A stretch of DNA of 64,000 nucleotides, taken from NCBI GenBank assembly GCA_902613795.1, contig CACMIP010000002.1:81466-145465 (forward strand). The letters are read 5' to 3'. Origin of the DNA: an uncultured OCS116 cluster bacterium. Lineage in GTDB: Bacteria > Pseudomonadota > Alphaproteobacteria > Rhizobiales > TMED25. The stretch's first letter is position 1. The number at the start of each line of letters is the position of its first letter. Made by a program: the position numbers and the translations under genes. The notes beneath the pieces are model-generated. The model worked only from the letters and a program-made list of their open reading frames with translations. It had not been told where the DNA came from and made no database searches. Below are positions 13,101 through 22,398 of the stretch, in pieces.

Positions 13101-13425
13101 CAAGAACCCCTAATTTCTTAAGAGAAAGTGTGGTGTTTAGAGCTGTCTGCCCACCCATTGTTGGCAGAATTGCATCAGGTTTTTCTTTTTCTATAATTTT
13201 TTCTAAAAGCTCAGGCGTTATTGGTTCAATGTATGTAGCGTCTGCTAATTCTGGATCGGTCATTATTGTGGCTGGATTTGAATTAATTAAGATAACACGG
13301 AAACCCTCCTCTTTGATTGCTTTTAATGCCTGTGTTCCAGAATAATCAAATTCACAAGCTTGTCCTATGACAATTGGCCCAGCGCCAACAACCAGTATAG
13401 ACTCTATATCACTTCTTCTTGGCAC
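10123..13425 (-). CDS. carB: Carbamoyl-phosphate synthase large subunit
   Basis: 1100 aa with duplicated ATP-grasp halves, an oligomerisation domain and a C-terminal MGS-like domain. Confidence 0.97.
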   Translation of the reverse strand: MPRRSDIESILVVGAGPIVIGQACEFDYSGTQALKAIKEEGFRVILINSNPATIMTDPELADATYIEPITPELLEKIIEKEKPDAILPTMGGQTALNTTLSLKKLGVLDKYNVEMIGASSKAIDMAEDRELFREAMGEIGLKTPKSLLAHNLSQGLDALNELGLPVIIRPSFTLGGTGGGIAYTREEFIKIVENGIDASPTSEVLIEESVLGWKEYEMEVVRDKNDNCIIICSIENVDPMGIHTGDSITVAPALTLTDKEYQIMRNASVAILRKIGVETGGSNVQFAVNPENGEMVVIEMNPRVSRSSALASKATGFPIAKVAAKLALGYTLDELSNDITGGQTPASFEPTIDYIVTKIPRFAFEKFPDAEPLLTTSMKSVGEAMAFGRTFAESLQKALRSLEIGLTGLDPIEFSDIGKDAKKNIVRAELGEPTPNRILKVAQALRLGISHQQIHQSCKIDPWFIDRLQEIIDIENKVQQYGLPKDQENFRLLKSYGFSDARLANLIGEDEHYVRQKREDLNINPVFKHIDTCSAEFQTLTAYMYSTYSHFDNQDMDCEANPSDNEKIIIIGGGPNRIGQGIEFDYCCCHACFALKEMGIETIMINCNPETVSTDYDTSDRLYFEPLTTEDVFEIIKLEQETGKLIGVIVQFGGQTPLKLSEELSKRGINILGTSPDTIDLAEDRDRFQKLIRDLNLKQPENKIAYSISEARKSILDIGLPIILRPSYVLGGRAMVILRDENDYDDYIESTLPELIPESIKSKYPQNRERQIDTLLKDNPLLLDRYLSDAVEVDVDAISDGKKVHICGIMQHIEEAGVHSGDSACSIPPYSLKSNIINKLERQTNAISESLNIIGCINIQFAIKDDEIYIIEVNPRASRTIPFVAKVTGYPVAKIATEIITGRGFKRPKKMSTRKHIAVKEAVFPFTKFDGIDVLLGPEMKSTGEVMGIGDDFGIAFAKSQLGTNVPLPKRGNVFVSVKDKDKSHIVESVRVLENLGFQILATGGTQRFLIENGISVERVNKVLEGRPHVVDSMNNNNINLVINTTEGSKALSDSKSLRQAALRNRIPYYTTLSGALAVVIAIERYLNGLGKIKSLQEYF

Positions 13426-14644
13426 CGGACTTCCTTCTATTTACTGATTGAATAGTTTTAATAAATTTTTCGAAAATGTAATAACAATCCTGTGGCCCTG
13501 GTGATGCCTCTGGATGAAATTGAACTGAAAAAATTGGTTTATCTTTAACTTCAAAGCCACAATTAGATTGATCAAATAGTGATCGGTGTGTCTCCTTAAC
13601 ATTACTTGGTAGGGTTTCCATATCAACCGTGAAACCATGATTCATTGATGTTATCTGAACTTTTTTATTACTCAGATCTTGAACAGGATGATTTGCTCCA
13701 TGATGCCCAAAAGACATTTTTTTTGTTTCACCACCCAAAGCAAGTGCTAATATCTGATGGCCTAAGCATATGCCAAATATAGGTATATTTTTGTCAATAA
13801 TATCTCTAATTAGTTCAAGGCTATATGTGGATGTTGCCTCTGGATCTCCGGGGCCATTGGATAGGAGAACTCCATCTGGATCATATTTCATGATAGTATC
13901 TATTTCTGTTTTTGCTGGATATATTTTAGTTTCACAATCGTATGAATTGAGCATTCTAATTATATTAGTTTTTATGCCATAATCAATTAGAGCAATCTTT
14001 ATTTTTTTATCATTATTTTTTCTATATCCTTTATCCCACTCCCATGCTTTCGAATTTAAACTATAAATACTGCTTGTGGAGGCTTCGGAAGCAAGATCTA
14101 AACCTTCCATTTTTTTTACTTTTTCAAGTATTTTGAGTAATTTAGGTATATCAAATATACCATCATGCCGATGCTCTATAAGACAACTCATCATTCCTTC
14201 GTCTCTAATAAGTTTTGTTATATATCTTGTGTCAACACCAGAAATGCCTGTGATTTTTTTATCCCGCATCCACTCCGAAAGAGTGCTTTCAGATCTATAA
14301 TTCGATGGTTTTTCGATGTATGAATGCGTTATGATCCCAGATATGTGTATTTCTTGATCTGGATTCGCGGTTTCATCATCTTCGTTGTTTGCTCCAACGT
14401 TACCAATATGTGGAAATGTGAAATTAACGATTTGATGAGCGTAGGATGGATCCGACATAATTTCTTGATAGCCAGTGATTGAGGTATTGAAACAAACCTC
14501 ACCAGAAGTTATTCCTGTGCTTCCAATTCCAAAACCATATTTAATCAAACCATTAGAAAAAAGTAGAACGGCAGTTTTTTTTATTGGTTGCCATCCACCT
14601 GTTTTGTTAGCAGCATTAGCACTTGCTATTTTTGACTCACGCAT
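13409..14644 (-). CDS. carA: Carbamoyl-phosphate synthase small (glutaminase) subunit
   Basis: 411 aa with the class I GATase catalytic GICLGHQ and the FHPE His/Glu. It overlaps carB by 17 nt. Confidence 0.95.
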   Translation of the reverse strand: MRESKIASANAANKTGGWQPIKKTAVLLFSNGLIKYGFGIGSTGITSGEVCFNTSITGYQEIMSDPSYAHQIVNFTFPHIGNVGANNEDDETANPDQEIHISGIITHSYIEKPSNYRSESTLSEWMRDKKITGISGVDTRYITKLIRDEGMMSCLIEHRHDGIFDIPKLLKILEKVKKMEGLDLASEASTSSIYSLNSKAWEWDKGYRKNNDKKIKIALIDYGIKTNIIRMLNSYDCETKIYPAKTEIDTIMKYDPDGVLLSNGPGDPEATSTYSLELIRDIIDKNIPIFGICLGHQILALALGGETKKMSFGHHGANHPVQDLSNKKVQITSMNHGFTVDMETLPSNVKETHRSLFDQSNCGFEVKDKPIFSVQFHPEASPGPQDCYYIFEKFIKTIQSVNRRKSGAKKK

Positions 14645-14815
14645 AATATGTTAGTTTTATGAATATTCGTATCATGTATACATCATTTATTTGTAATATT
14701 CTCAAAATTCATTCAAAATTTATCACTTTTCCAAAGTAAATTTTATTCATAAATAAAAAAAAATGAATATAATGGAAAATGTAATAAAATTAGCAAATTC
14801 CAAAGAGATAAAAAT

Positions 14816-15268
14816 ATGATAAAAGATACTATTAATTCAGAGCTAAAAAACTCTATGCTTAGCTCAAATAAGGAAAAAACATCAACCTTACGCCTTATAC
14901 TCGCGGCAATAAAAGATCGCGAAATAGTAGCAAGAGAAAAGAAACAAGATATTGATGATGCGACTGTTATGGACGTATTGTCTAAGATGGTCAAGCAACG
15001 TTTAGAGTCAGCAGATATATACAAAAAAAATAATAGATTGGAATTAGCTGCCAAAGAAGAGTTTGAGATTGAGGTTATAAGAGAATTCTTACCAAAGCAA
15101 CTAACTGAGCAGGAAATAAAGAGAATTATTGGTAAACTCGTTGAGGAAACAAATTCATCCACGATCCGGGATATGGGCAAGGTTATGGGCGCACTAAAAT
15201 CTAAATATGCTGGACAATTGGACTTTGCTCTCGCTGGAAAATTATTGAAAGAGTATTTATCGAGTTAG
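14816..15268 (+). CDS. GatB/YqeY domain protein
   Basis: 150 aa with typical YqeY sequence (LKNSMLS..EKTSTLRLILAAIKDREI..EIEVIREFLP). It occupies the conserved position upstream of dnaG-rpoD and is divergent from carA. Confidence 0.85.
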   Translation: MIKDTINSELKNSMLSSNKEKTSTLRLILAAIKDREIVAREKKQDIDDATVMDVLSKMVKQRLESADIYKKNNRLELAAKEEFEIEVIREFLPKQLTEQEIKRIIGKLVEETNSSTIRDMGKVMGALKSKYAGQLDFALAGKLLKEYLSS

Positions 15269-15287
15269 TTGATTAGGGCGTAAATTT

Positions 15288-17213
15288 ATGAATACACAGA
15301 AAACATCTAATAATGTAACCGAAGAGATTAAGTCAAAAATCTCTATGTCGGATATTGTTCAGAAGTACGTCACCTGGGATAATAAAAAATCAAATCCATC
15401 TCGCGGAAGCTATTGGGCGTGTTGCCCTTTTCATAGTGAGAAGACCGCATCATTTACTGTAGATAATCACAAAAATACATATCATTGCTTTGGATGTAAC
15501 GCTCATGGTGATGCATTTAAATTTCTAATGGATATAGAAAATATAGATTTTCCAGAGGCATTGAGGAGGCTAGCTGATGCATCAGGCGTCAATCTACCAG
15601 AAAAAATTAATTTTGATCCCGTAGAGAAACAAAAAAGGGAAATTATTCAATGCATCAATGAGGAGGCGAAGAAGTTTTTTATTAATGAATTGAGTAAGTC
15701 AGAAAACGCAACTGTATTTGATTACTTAATAAAAAGAGGCCTGGCAAAGGATAATATAGAACAGTTTGAGATTGGTGTAACTGCAAAGCGAGGTGTATTA
15801 GTTCGTCATTTGAACTCGCTCGGTTATAATGAAAAGCAAATATTTGATGCTGGGCTATCTGCAAAAAATGATGATGGCGAATATTATGAGCGATTTATTA
15901 ATAGGATCACTTTCCCAATTAATGATAAAAATGGCAGAACAATTGCATTTGGTGGTCGAGACTTAACAAATAAAGCGCCAGCAAAGTATTTAAACTCACC
16001 TGAGACTATTTTATTCCAAAAAAAAAATATTGTTTATAACTATCACAATGCAAAGCAAATATTAGCAAATGATTCTGAATTAATTGTATGTGAAGGCTAT
16101 TTCGATTGTATAACATTATATGTCAATGGGTTTCACAAGTCTGTGGCAACAATGGGTACAAGCATGTCTGCGGCACAGATACAATTACTATGGCAACTAT
16201 CAAATCTTCCAATACTGTGTTATGACGGGGATACCGCAGGGGTTAATGCAGCAAATCGAATAATCGACATTATTTTTCCAATATTAAAACCTGGTTACTC
16301 AATGAAATTTATTTTTTTGCCAGAAGGTATGGATCCTGATGAGTTGTTAAAAAAACGTGGAAAAAATGAAATGGATAAACAAATAACTGATGCAATTCCA
16401 CTTATAGACCTATTCTGGGCCAATTTCATTACTTCATCTAATTTTGGAACACCTGAGGAAAGGGCAAATATTGAAAATCAGCTAAACAAAATGATGGATA
16501 AAATTGAGAATGCTGAAGTAAAAAAACAATACAAGCTTGAGATCAGAGACAGATTAAGTGCTTATTGGAGGTCGAAAAGCTTTGAGTCAAATCGTGTTTT
16601 TTTTAAAACCACTAAAAAAAAGCCTAGTGCAAAATTACTACAAAAATTTAAAACAAATTCTGAAGAGGATGGTATTTCGTGGCAAAACTCAATATTCATT
16701 TTATCATTAATCAGGTGTCCAGAATTAGTGGCCGAATTTATGGACGAGATTAGTTTGGCTGAATTATTAGATGAGAGAGTAATCGCATTGAAAGAGAATA
16801 TTTTTAAATTTGTAATAGAAAATAAAGTTAAAAACGATCAATCGATTCTATTAGTTAATCATTTAAAAGATTTAGGACATGCTGGGCTTATTGAGACCAT
16901 CGAAAGAAACACCAATGAGAAAATGCATGCTAATTTATTAGATGATGTAAACATTGAAGATGCCAAGGTAAAGTTTAGAAATATATTAAATGAGCTGGAG
17001 AAACATAGGTTGGCCAATGATTTAGAAGCGGCAAAATTATCTTATTTTGAGAATGCGACAGATATAAATGAGAGTAAAATATATGAACTAAAAAGAGAGC
17101 TTGATGATTTTAAAAAACTCGAAAGTCAGGTCCACAAGCATGAGCCACATCTTGAAAAGAAGTTTGACAAATGGTATGAGGAAAATAAATCCAGACTTGA
17201 GAGAAAAGATTAA
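15288..17213 (+). CDS. dnaG: DNA primase
   Basis: 641 aa with the CHC2 zinc finger CPFHSEKTASFTV..YHCFGC and the TOPRIM motif (VCEGYFD..DGDTAG). Confidence 0.95.
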   Translation: MNTQKTSNNVTEEIKSKISMSDIVQKYVTWDNKKSNPSRGSYWACCPFHSEKTASFTVDNHKNTYHCFGCNAHGDAFKFLMDIENIDFPEALRRLADASGVNLPEKINFDPVEKQKREIIQCINEEAKKFFINELSKSENATVFDYLIKRGLAKDNIEQFEIGVTAKRGVLVRHLNSLGYNEKQIFDAGLSAKNDDGEYYERFINRITFPINDKNGRTIAFGGRDLTNKAPAKYLNSPETILFQKKNIVYNYHNAKQILANDSELIVCEGYFDCITLYVNGFHKSVATMGTSMSAAQIQLLWQLSNLPILCYDGDTAGVNAANRIIDIIFPILKPGYSMKFIFLPEGMDPDELLKKRGKNEMDKQITDAIPLIDLFWANFITSSNFGTPEERANIENQLNKMMDKIENAEVKKQYKLEIRDRLSAYWRSKSFESNRVFFKTTKKKPSAKLLQKFKTNSEEDGISWQNSIFILSLIRCPELVAEFMDEISLAELLDERVIALKENIFKFVIENKVKNDQSILLVNHLKDLGHAGLIETIERNTNEKMHANLLDDVNIEDAKVKFRNILNELEKHRLANDLEAAKLSYFENATDINESKIYELKRELDDFKKLESQVHKHEPHLEKKFDKWYEENKSRLERKD

Positions 17214-17336
17214 AACTCATAAATTTATTAGCAAAAAAAATAATCAAAAATATCTAGTAATTAAGTGGTAAATTTATTATATAAATTAAAACAATAATGC
17301 TCACACAAAACTTGTATAATTAATAGAAAAACCAGA

Positions 17337-19307
17337 ATGACACCAAGACCAAAAAAAAATCTAAATAAATCTGAAGAGATAGTTGAAACCAAAAAAGACT
17401 CTCCGCTCATAGACACTTCTGACCGAACCGTAAAAAGCTGGATTAGACTTGGAAAAAAAAGAGGATATATAACATACGACGAATTAAATGAGATTTTACC
17501 ATCAGAAGAGGTTTCATCAGAGCAAATTGAAGATATTATGGCAATGTTTTCCGATATGGGGATAAATGTAATCGAAAACGAAGAAGCTGATGAACAATTA
17601 GGATCTGAGTCAGAAGGACAGCTTCCAGCAAAAATTGAACAATCTGGATCATCGGGCGCCGATAGATCCGATGATCCAGTCAGAATGTACCTAAAAGAGA
17701 TGGGCTCTGTTGAGCTATTATCAAGGGATGGTGAAATTGCAATTGCAAAGAGAATAGAGGCAGGTAAGGAAGCAATGATGCGTGGTCTGTGCGAAAGCCC
17801 ATTAACATTTCAAGCAATTATCATTTGGAGAGATCAGTTAAATGATGGCGATGTGCTTTTGAGAGATATCATTGACCTTGAAGCGACATATTCAGGCCCT
17901 GATGCGCAAGAGATACCAAAAATCAATATGATCGATGAAGCAGAGGAGCCAATCCAAAGCAATCAAGCAGAGGGTGACAACAGTGAAGATCCAGGAAAAC
18001 CCACAGAAGAAGATCACGATGATGAAGAAAATGAAAACAATCTATCACTTGCGGCAATGGAGCTGGCACTAAAAGAACAAGTCTCGTTAAGATTTAATAA
18101 AATTGCAAAAGAATACGCAAATCTCGAAAAATTAAAAAAATCAATTGAGAAAAAAAATGCTAACACAAAAAATTTTACAGCATCCGAAGAAAAAAAATAT
18201 ACAAAAATTCGTACAACACTTATCGAAGAAGTCAACGCTTTATCACTGAACGCAAACAGAATAGAAGCGCTCGTGCATCAGCTATATAATATCAACAAAA
18301 GGTTAATGTCCCTGGAGGGGAAGCTTATGAGGTTAGCAGAGAGTTATGGAGTTGACAGAAACGAATTTATCAAGCAATACCACGATAATGAACTTGATCC
18401 GAACTGGGTTCGTCGGGTATCCAGACTAAGTGCAAAAGGTTGGAAAGACTTTACCTCATCTGAGAAAACTGAGATAAAAAATATAAGAGAAGAAATTTCA
18501 TCATTAGCATCTGAAGCTGGACTTGAAGTTAACGAGTTCCGGAATATCGTTCATATGGTGCAGAAAGGAGAACGCGAGTCACATTCTGCAAAAAGAGAAA
18601 TGGTAGAAGCGAACTTAAGACTAGTTATCTCGATCGCAAAGAAATATACAAACCGAGGCTTACAATTTCTAGATCTAATACAAGAGGGAAATATAGGCTT
18701 GATGAAAGCCGTAGAAAAATTTGAGTATCGAAGAGGTTATAAATTTTCAACCTATGCTACATGGTGGATAAGACAGGCTATAACTCGGTCAATTGCTGAC
18801 CAGGCAAGAACCATCAGAATACCCGTTCACATGATTGAGACTATAAATAAGATTGTAAGGACGTCACGACAGATATTAAATGAAATCGGGAGAGAGCCAA
18901 CTCCTGAAGAAATATCAGAAAAACTTGGTATGCCGCTCGACAAAGTAAGAAAAGTAATGAAGATAGCAAAAGAGCCAATTTCTCTAGAAACACCAGTAGG
19001 TGATGAGGATGATAGTCACCTTGGCGATTTTATTGAGGATAAAAATGTTATACTACCGATTGATGCTGCTATTCACTCAAATTTAAGGGACACCACAACG
19101 AGAGTTCTTGCTACTTTAACACCAAGAGAAGAGAGGGTTTTACGAATGAGGTTTGGTATTGGTATGAATACAGACCACACTCTTGAAGAAGTTGGTCAGC
19201 AATTTTCTGTTACAAGAGAGAGAATTCGTCAAATCGAAGCAAAAGCACTCAGAAAGCTGAAGCATCCATCGAGAAGTAGAAAACTTCGAAGTTTCCTTGA
19301 TAGTTAA
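17337..19307 (+). CDS. rpoD: RNA polymerase sigma factor RpoD (sigma-70)
   Basis: 656 aa with region 1.1/1.2, an acidic non-conserved insert, region 2 ([37 protein letters not shown]) and region 4.2 ([25 protein letters not shown]). Confidence 0.97.
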   Translation: MTPRPKKNLNKSEEIVETKKDSPLIDTSDRTVKSWIRLGKKRGYITYDELNEILPSEEVSSEQIEDIMAMFSDMGINVIENEEADEQLGSESEGQLPAKIEQSGSSGADRSDDPVRMYLKEMGSVELLSRDGEIAIAKRIEAGKEAMMRGLCESPLTFQAIIIWRDQLNDGDVLLRDIIDLEATYSGPDAQEIPKINMIDEAEEPIQSNQAEGDNSEDPGKPTEEDHDDEENENNLSLAAMELALKEQVSLRFNKIAKEYANLEKLKKSIEKKNANTKNFTASEEKKYTKIRTTLIEEVNALSLNANRIEALVHQLYNINKRLMSLEGKLMRLAESYGVDRNEFIKQYHDNELDPNWVRRVSRLSAKGWKDFTSSEKTEIKNIREEISSLASEAGLEVNEFRNIVHMVQKGERESHSAKREMVEANLRLVISIAKKYTNRGLQFLDLIQEGNIGLMKAVEKFEYRRGYKFSTYATWWIRQAITRSIADQARTIRIPVHMIETINKIVRTSRQILNEIGREPTPEEISEKLGMPLDKVRKVMKIAKEPISLETPVGDEDDSHLGDFIEDKNVILPIDAAIHSNLRDTTTRVLATLTPREERVLRMRFGIGMNTDHTLEEVGQQFSVTRERIRQIEAKALRKLKHPSRSRKLRSFLDS

Positions 19308-19400
19308 AAACAGTCTATATAATACTTGAATACTTGTCTCTACTCACATAGATATATTTGTGGCTTTACATATTAATAATGTAGTACTATAAAAAAATTA

Positions 19401-19477
19401 GGGCGATTAGCTCAGTTGGTTAGAGCCCTCCGCTCATAACGGAGTGGTCCCAGGTTCGAGTCCTGGATCGCCCACCA
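19401..19477 (+). tRNA. tRNA with CAU anticodon (elongator tRNA-Met type; lysidine-modified tRNA-Ile2 not excluded)
   Basis: Hand-folded cloverleaf: acceptor GGGCGAT/ATCGCCC, D arm GCTC/GAGC, anticodon stem CTCCG/CGGAG with loop CTCATAA, T arm CCAGG-TTCGAGT-CCTGG, and an encoded CCA. The G1:C72 pair and the absence of a GGG/CCC anticodon stem argue against an initiator. Confidence 0.9.
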
Positions 19478-19606
19478 GTTAAATATTTTAACTCGGAGTC
19501 AAACGTTTGAAAAAATTATGCTGATATGCTCCAAGCTGAGCGTTATAATTTTGTTGTTCAATATAAATCACGAATAAGCAGGACAAAAATAAATAGGAGT
19601 TGAGAA

Positions 19607-20023
19607 ATGATTGAAAATTTTAATGGCGTATTTTTTTTAGTGATACATATAATTGTTCTCATCATGATAAGTTTTTATCTTATAAGAATCTTATTTGCAC
19701 CAAGTGGAATCACTGAAGAATTTGGCGTAGATAAATCGGGGATTTATTTTGCAAGAATAATGGGGACATTTATTGCACCATTATTTATAATAGGTACGTA
19801 CATTATATTTCGAGACGGCGGACCAGCTGGATGTTGGATTTGGTATGCTACTTTGGCAATAACATCAGTTCTACAACTTGGTTATGAAAGTTCCTTTTAT
19901 TATAAAAAAATTGATGCAAATGTTGGGGCAAAAAATAAGTTACTTGACGTGATCGTATCCGCTATTTTTACGATTATTTCACTTGTTCTTATAATGGGTT
20001 TATCAGATAAAATATATTTATAG
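19607..20023 (+). CDS. Small integral membrane protein of unknown function (about 4 TM helices)
   Basis: 138 aa with four hydrophobic segments. An AGGAG lies upstream of the ATG. I recognise no family. Confidence 0.5.
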   Translation: MIENFNGVFFLVIHIIVLIMISFYLIRILFAPSGITEEFGVDKSGIYFARIMGTFIAPLFIIGTYIIFRDGGPAGCWIWYATLAITSVLQLGYESSFYYKKIDANVGAKNKLLDVIVSAIFTIISLVLIMGLSDKIYL

Positions 20024-20147
20024 GATTTCCTATTTTTTTCACAAATGAGATTGCATTAGTCTCTATTTCTGTGTTAAATAGAGTGATTATTAAAACATTA
20101 CATCAGCATTGTAATGATGTGTAAGAAGTTAAAAAGGGGTATGAATA

Positions 20148-21494
20148 ATGAAACCAGTGGATCCTACAAAGGGTTATGAGCTAGATACTAGCTTTATTCA
20201 AGAGCAGCACCATACAAATCCAAGAAGACTGTACAGTCAAACTGGTGCAGATTGGCAATATCGTGTTGATCACGAGAGACTAAGAAGGCAGAGATTAGAA
20301 CGAATTAGAGCTGAAATGGAAGCGGATGATCTCGGAGCGCTTGTAGTGTTCCAAGGAGCGAATGTAAGATATATAACAGGATCCTACCAAGGAAACTGGA
20401 AATATAACATTAACATTAGGTATGCTGTGCTCCCTCGTGGCGGCGATCCAGTCCTATTCGAAACAGCTGGTTCGGACATGAGAAATGCTCACCTAGACTT
20501 ACCTTGGCTAGGTGAAGAAAATATTAGACCCGCGATGACTTGGCAGTGGGCTGAGGGTGCTGTTGGTGAAATGGCTGATAAAATGGTTGCAACCGTAAAA
20601 CAAGTTTTAGTTGATAACGGTGTTGATAAAGAAAAGATTGGTGTTGATCAGTTAGATATGCCTGCACTTCATGCAATGGAAAAAGCTGGCATTAAAATAG
20701 TAAATGGCTGGCCAGCTATGTCACGTGCAAGAGTTGTGAAAACAATAGACGAAATTGAGCATTTAAAGATGTCATCATCTATTGGTGATGCAGCAATGTG
20801 GCATGTTAAACATGAGTGGTTAAAACCAGGCATAACAGAACGTCAAATCGAAGCAAAAGTACACGACTTCATGCTATCACGTGGATGTGAAATTATTTAT
20901 GACATCATTGTTGCGTCAGGGGGTAATACAAGTCCATACAGAAGATGGGCAACTGATAAACTTATTCAACAAGGCGATCTACTCATTGTTGATATAAACG
21001 CAGTTGGACCTGGTGGTTACTTTATTGACTACGTTCGAACATTCAAATGTGGTTCGAAATTGTCTCAGCAAGAAATTGATCTATATCGTGAAACATATGA
21101 CTCAATGTATGCAGGCTTAGAAAACCTCAGACCAGGAAAAACTTCAGCTGATGTTGTATCAAAATTCCCAGAGTATGATGATGACAAGTACGGTACTGTT
21201 ACACTGCAACAGTTTGCTCACTCAATAGGTATCACACTTTATGAAGGTATGTGGATGAGTAGGGCTTACTCACTAAAATATCCTGCTGAAATAAAGGAAA
21301 ATATGTATTTTGCTATTGAGACTTTTGCAGGACATCCGGGCCTTCCTCAAACTTGTAGGTTAGAGGAAAATGTTCTGGTCACAAAAGATGGACCATCTGT
21401 ATTTACTAAAATGGAGCATATGGAAGAGGCCGTCGCAGGATATAGACCAGGCGAATTCCATCATGCAGAGATTTTTGGATACCCTCAAAAATAA
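20148..21494 (+). CDS. M24-family metallohydrolase (creatinase/prolidase fold with creatinase-like N-domain); substrate unknown
   Basis: 448 aa. The pita-bread-fold ligands are present by my count: D282 and D294 (LLIVDINAVGPGGYFIDY), H358 (FAHSIG), E391 (FAIETF) and E406 (RLEENV). RBS AAAGGGG lies upstream. Confidence 0.8.
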   Translation: MKPVDPTKGYELDTSFIQEQHHTNPRRLYSQTGADWQYRVDHERLRRQRLERIRAEMEADDLGALVVFQGANVRYITGSYQGNWKYNINIRYAVLPRGGDPVLFETAGSDMRNAHLDLPWLGEENIRPAMTWQWAEGAVGEMADKMVATVKQVLVDNGVDKEKIGVDQLDMPALHAMEKAGIKIVNGWPAMSRARVVKTIDEIEHLKMSSSIGDAAMWHVKHEWLKPGITERQIEAKVHDFMLSRGCEIIYDIIVASGGNTSPYRRWATDKLIQQGDLLIVDINAVGPGGYFIDYVRTFKCGSKLSQQEIDLYRETYDSMYAGLENLRPGKTSADVVSKFPEYDDDKYGTVTLQQFAHSIGITLYEGMWMSRAYSLKYPAEIKENMYFAIETFAGHPGLPQTCRLEENVLVTKDGPSVFTKMEHMEEAVAGYRPGEFHHAEIFGYPQK

Positions 21495-21507
21495 ATATAA
21501 TATAAAC

Positions 21508-21529
21508 CTCGAGGCTTTATTGCCTCGAG
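21508..21529 (+). terminator. GC-rich hairpin between the M24 gene and the KdsB-like gene (attenuator or partial terminator)
   Basis: CTCGAGGC-tttatt-GCCTCGAG forms a perfect 8-bp stem starting 14 nt after the stop codon. No U-tract follows, so it may not terminate fully. Confidence 0.3.
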
Positions 21530-21556
21530 TGTCACTCCATGTAAAGGCAAACTTTT

Positions 21557-22372
21557 GTGTATTATAAGTTTGAAAAAAATCGCTCAATGATTTTTAATCC
21601 ATTAATAATTGTTGCGTCCGAACTAGGTATAAGAGATTTATCATCAGAGCCTCCAAAGCCCAAAGAACAAGTCAAGGCCATGGTTGCTGCATTTCGAAAA
21701 GTCAATGACTCAGGTATTGGTAGTGTGATAGTCGATGGTGTATCAGATGAGCAAGTTACCGAGCTCGAGGGGAATGGAGCTTACACTGTTAAAACTGATA
21801 TGTCTGAATTTGGAAAAGACCACAATTATCGTTCAAAATCCGGGGCTGAACGCATAGCGGCAACAGTTAATAAATTTGATCGATATTACACCCATGATAT
21901 TGTTGTAGCTGTGCCCGATGATATGCCCGAGCTAAAGCCATATTACATGCAAGCACTCATGTATGCACTTTCGGATAGTGATGTCGGTATTGCTACAATG
22001 GTCTCGCCGTTAACTGATGAAGAGCGATATGATAATGAAGTGGTCAAGGCAAAGGTTGATTGGAACTCTGACAGAATTGTCTATCCTTTAGAAGGATCAA
22101 AGGTTGGTACTTTAAAGGATATTAGAAGAAATATTTATGACTTTGATACTGACGATGTATATAAGCTTGTTCCTATACATGCGTGGAGGAGGGGGCCATT
22201 AGATAAACTAATTGAGCTACCACCATCAGACCGTGAATTTGAAGAAGGAACGGATCTTGTCCGAGCCTTAGATGCTGGTATGAGGATCGATGTCACATTT
22301 GTAACTGATAATATGAAGGTATTGATTTCACCAGAAGAATTAGATGAAGCCGCATATGAAATTGAAGGATAG
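21557..22372 (+). CDS. KdsB-like (CMP-KDO synthetase fold) protein with degenerate catalytic motifs
   Basis: The sequence aligns by eye along the length of E. coli KdsB. Matches include SGAERIAATV vs SGTERLAEVV, IVVAVPDDMPEL vs VIVNVQGDEPMI, VGIATMVSPL vs VGMATLAVPI, and EEGTDLVRALDAGMRIDV vs EMLEQLRVLWYGEKIHV. The N-terminal PARxxSxRxPGKPL loop is replaced by VASELGIRDLSSEPPKP. The track start at 21557 is a GTG; an alternative ATG lies at 21587. Confidence 0.65.
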   Translation: MYYKFEKNRSMIFNPLIIVASELGIRDLSSEPPKPKEQVKAMVAAFRKVNDSGIGSVIVDGVSDEQVTELEGNGAYTVKTDMSEFGKDHNYRSKSGAERIAATVNKFDRYYTHDIVVAVPDDMPELKPYYMQALMYALSDSDVGIATMVSPLTDEERYDNEVVKAKVDWNSDRIVYPLEGSKVGTLKDIRRNIYDFDTDDVYKLVPIHAWRRGPLDKLIELPPSDREFEEGTDLVRALDAGMRIDVTFVTDNMKVLISPEELDEAAYEIEG

Positions 22373-22398
22373 TCCGTTGCTTCAAAATGAGGTTTAAA

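Noticed and set aside
14661-14668. A GAATATTC palindrome and a TATTCAT-N12-ATGAATA inverted repeat (14744-14769) in the carA / yqeY divergent promoter, considered as possible ArgR (ARG box) or PyrR-type operators.
   Set aside because: Neither matches the TGAAT-N4-ATTCA ARG-box geometry. Short A/T palindromes of this kind are expected by chance in this composition.
14743-15180. Long antisense or shadow ORFs of 100-150 aa opposite well-supported genes. Examples are 14743-15180, 3725-4084, 12992-13345, 22135-22497, 28571-28966, 40251-40658, 42482-42865, 48789-49175 and 50552-50872.
   Set aside because: Each is fully nested in a strongly supported conserved gene on the other strand. They have low-complexity Ser/Ile/Phe/Leu-rich translations typical of antisense frames in AT-rich DNA, and no RBS or family resemblance.
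19401-19477. Initiator tRNA-fMet identity for the CAU tRNA.
   Set aside because: The 1:72 position is a normal G:C pair and the anticodon stem (CUCCG/CGGAG) lacks the three consecutive G:C pairs of bacterial initiators. It is therefore an elongator Met or Ile2.
20148-21494. The elevated G+C of the M24 gene as evidence for recent horizontal transfer.
   Set aside because: Hand counts give about 45 percent over 240 nt for this gene. Conserved core genes are also elevated (a carB line gives 24/60 and an rpoD line 22/60), and the neighbouring LVIVD gene is ordinary (20/60). The signal is not distinct enough.
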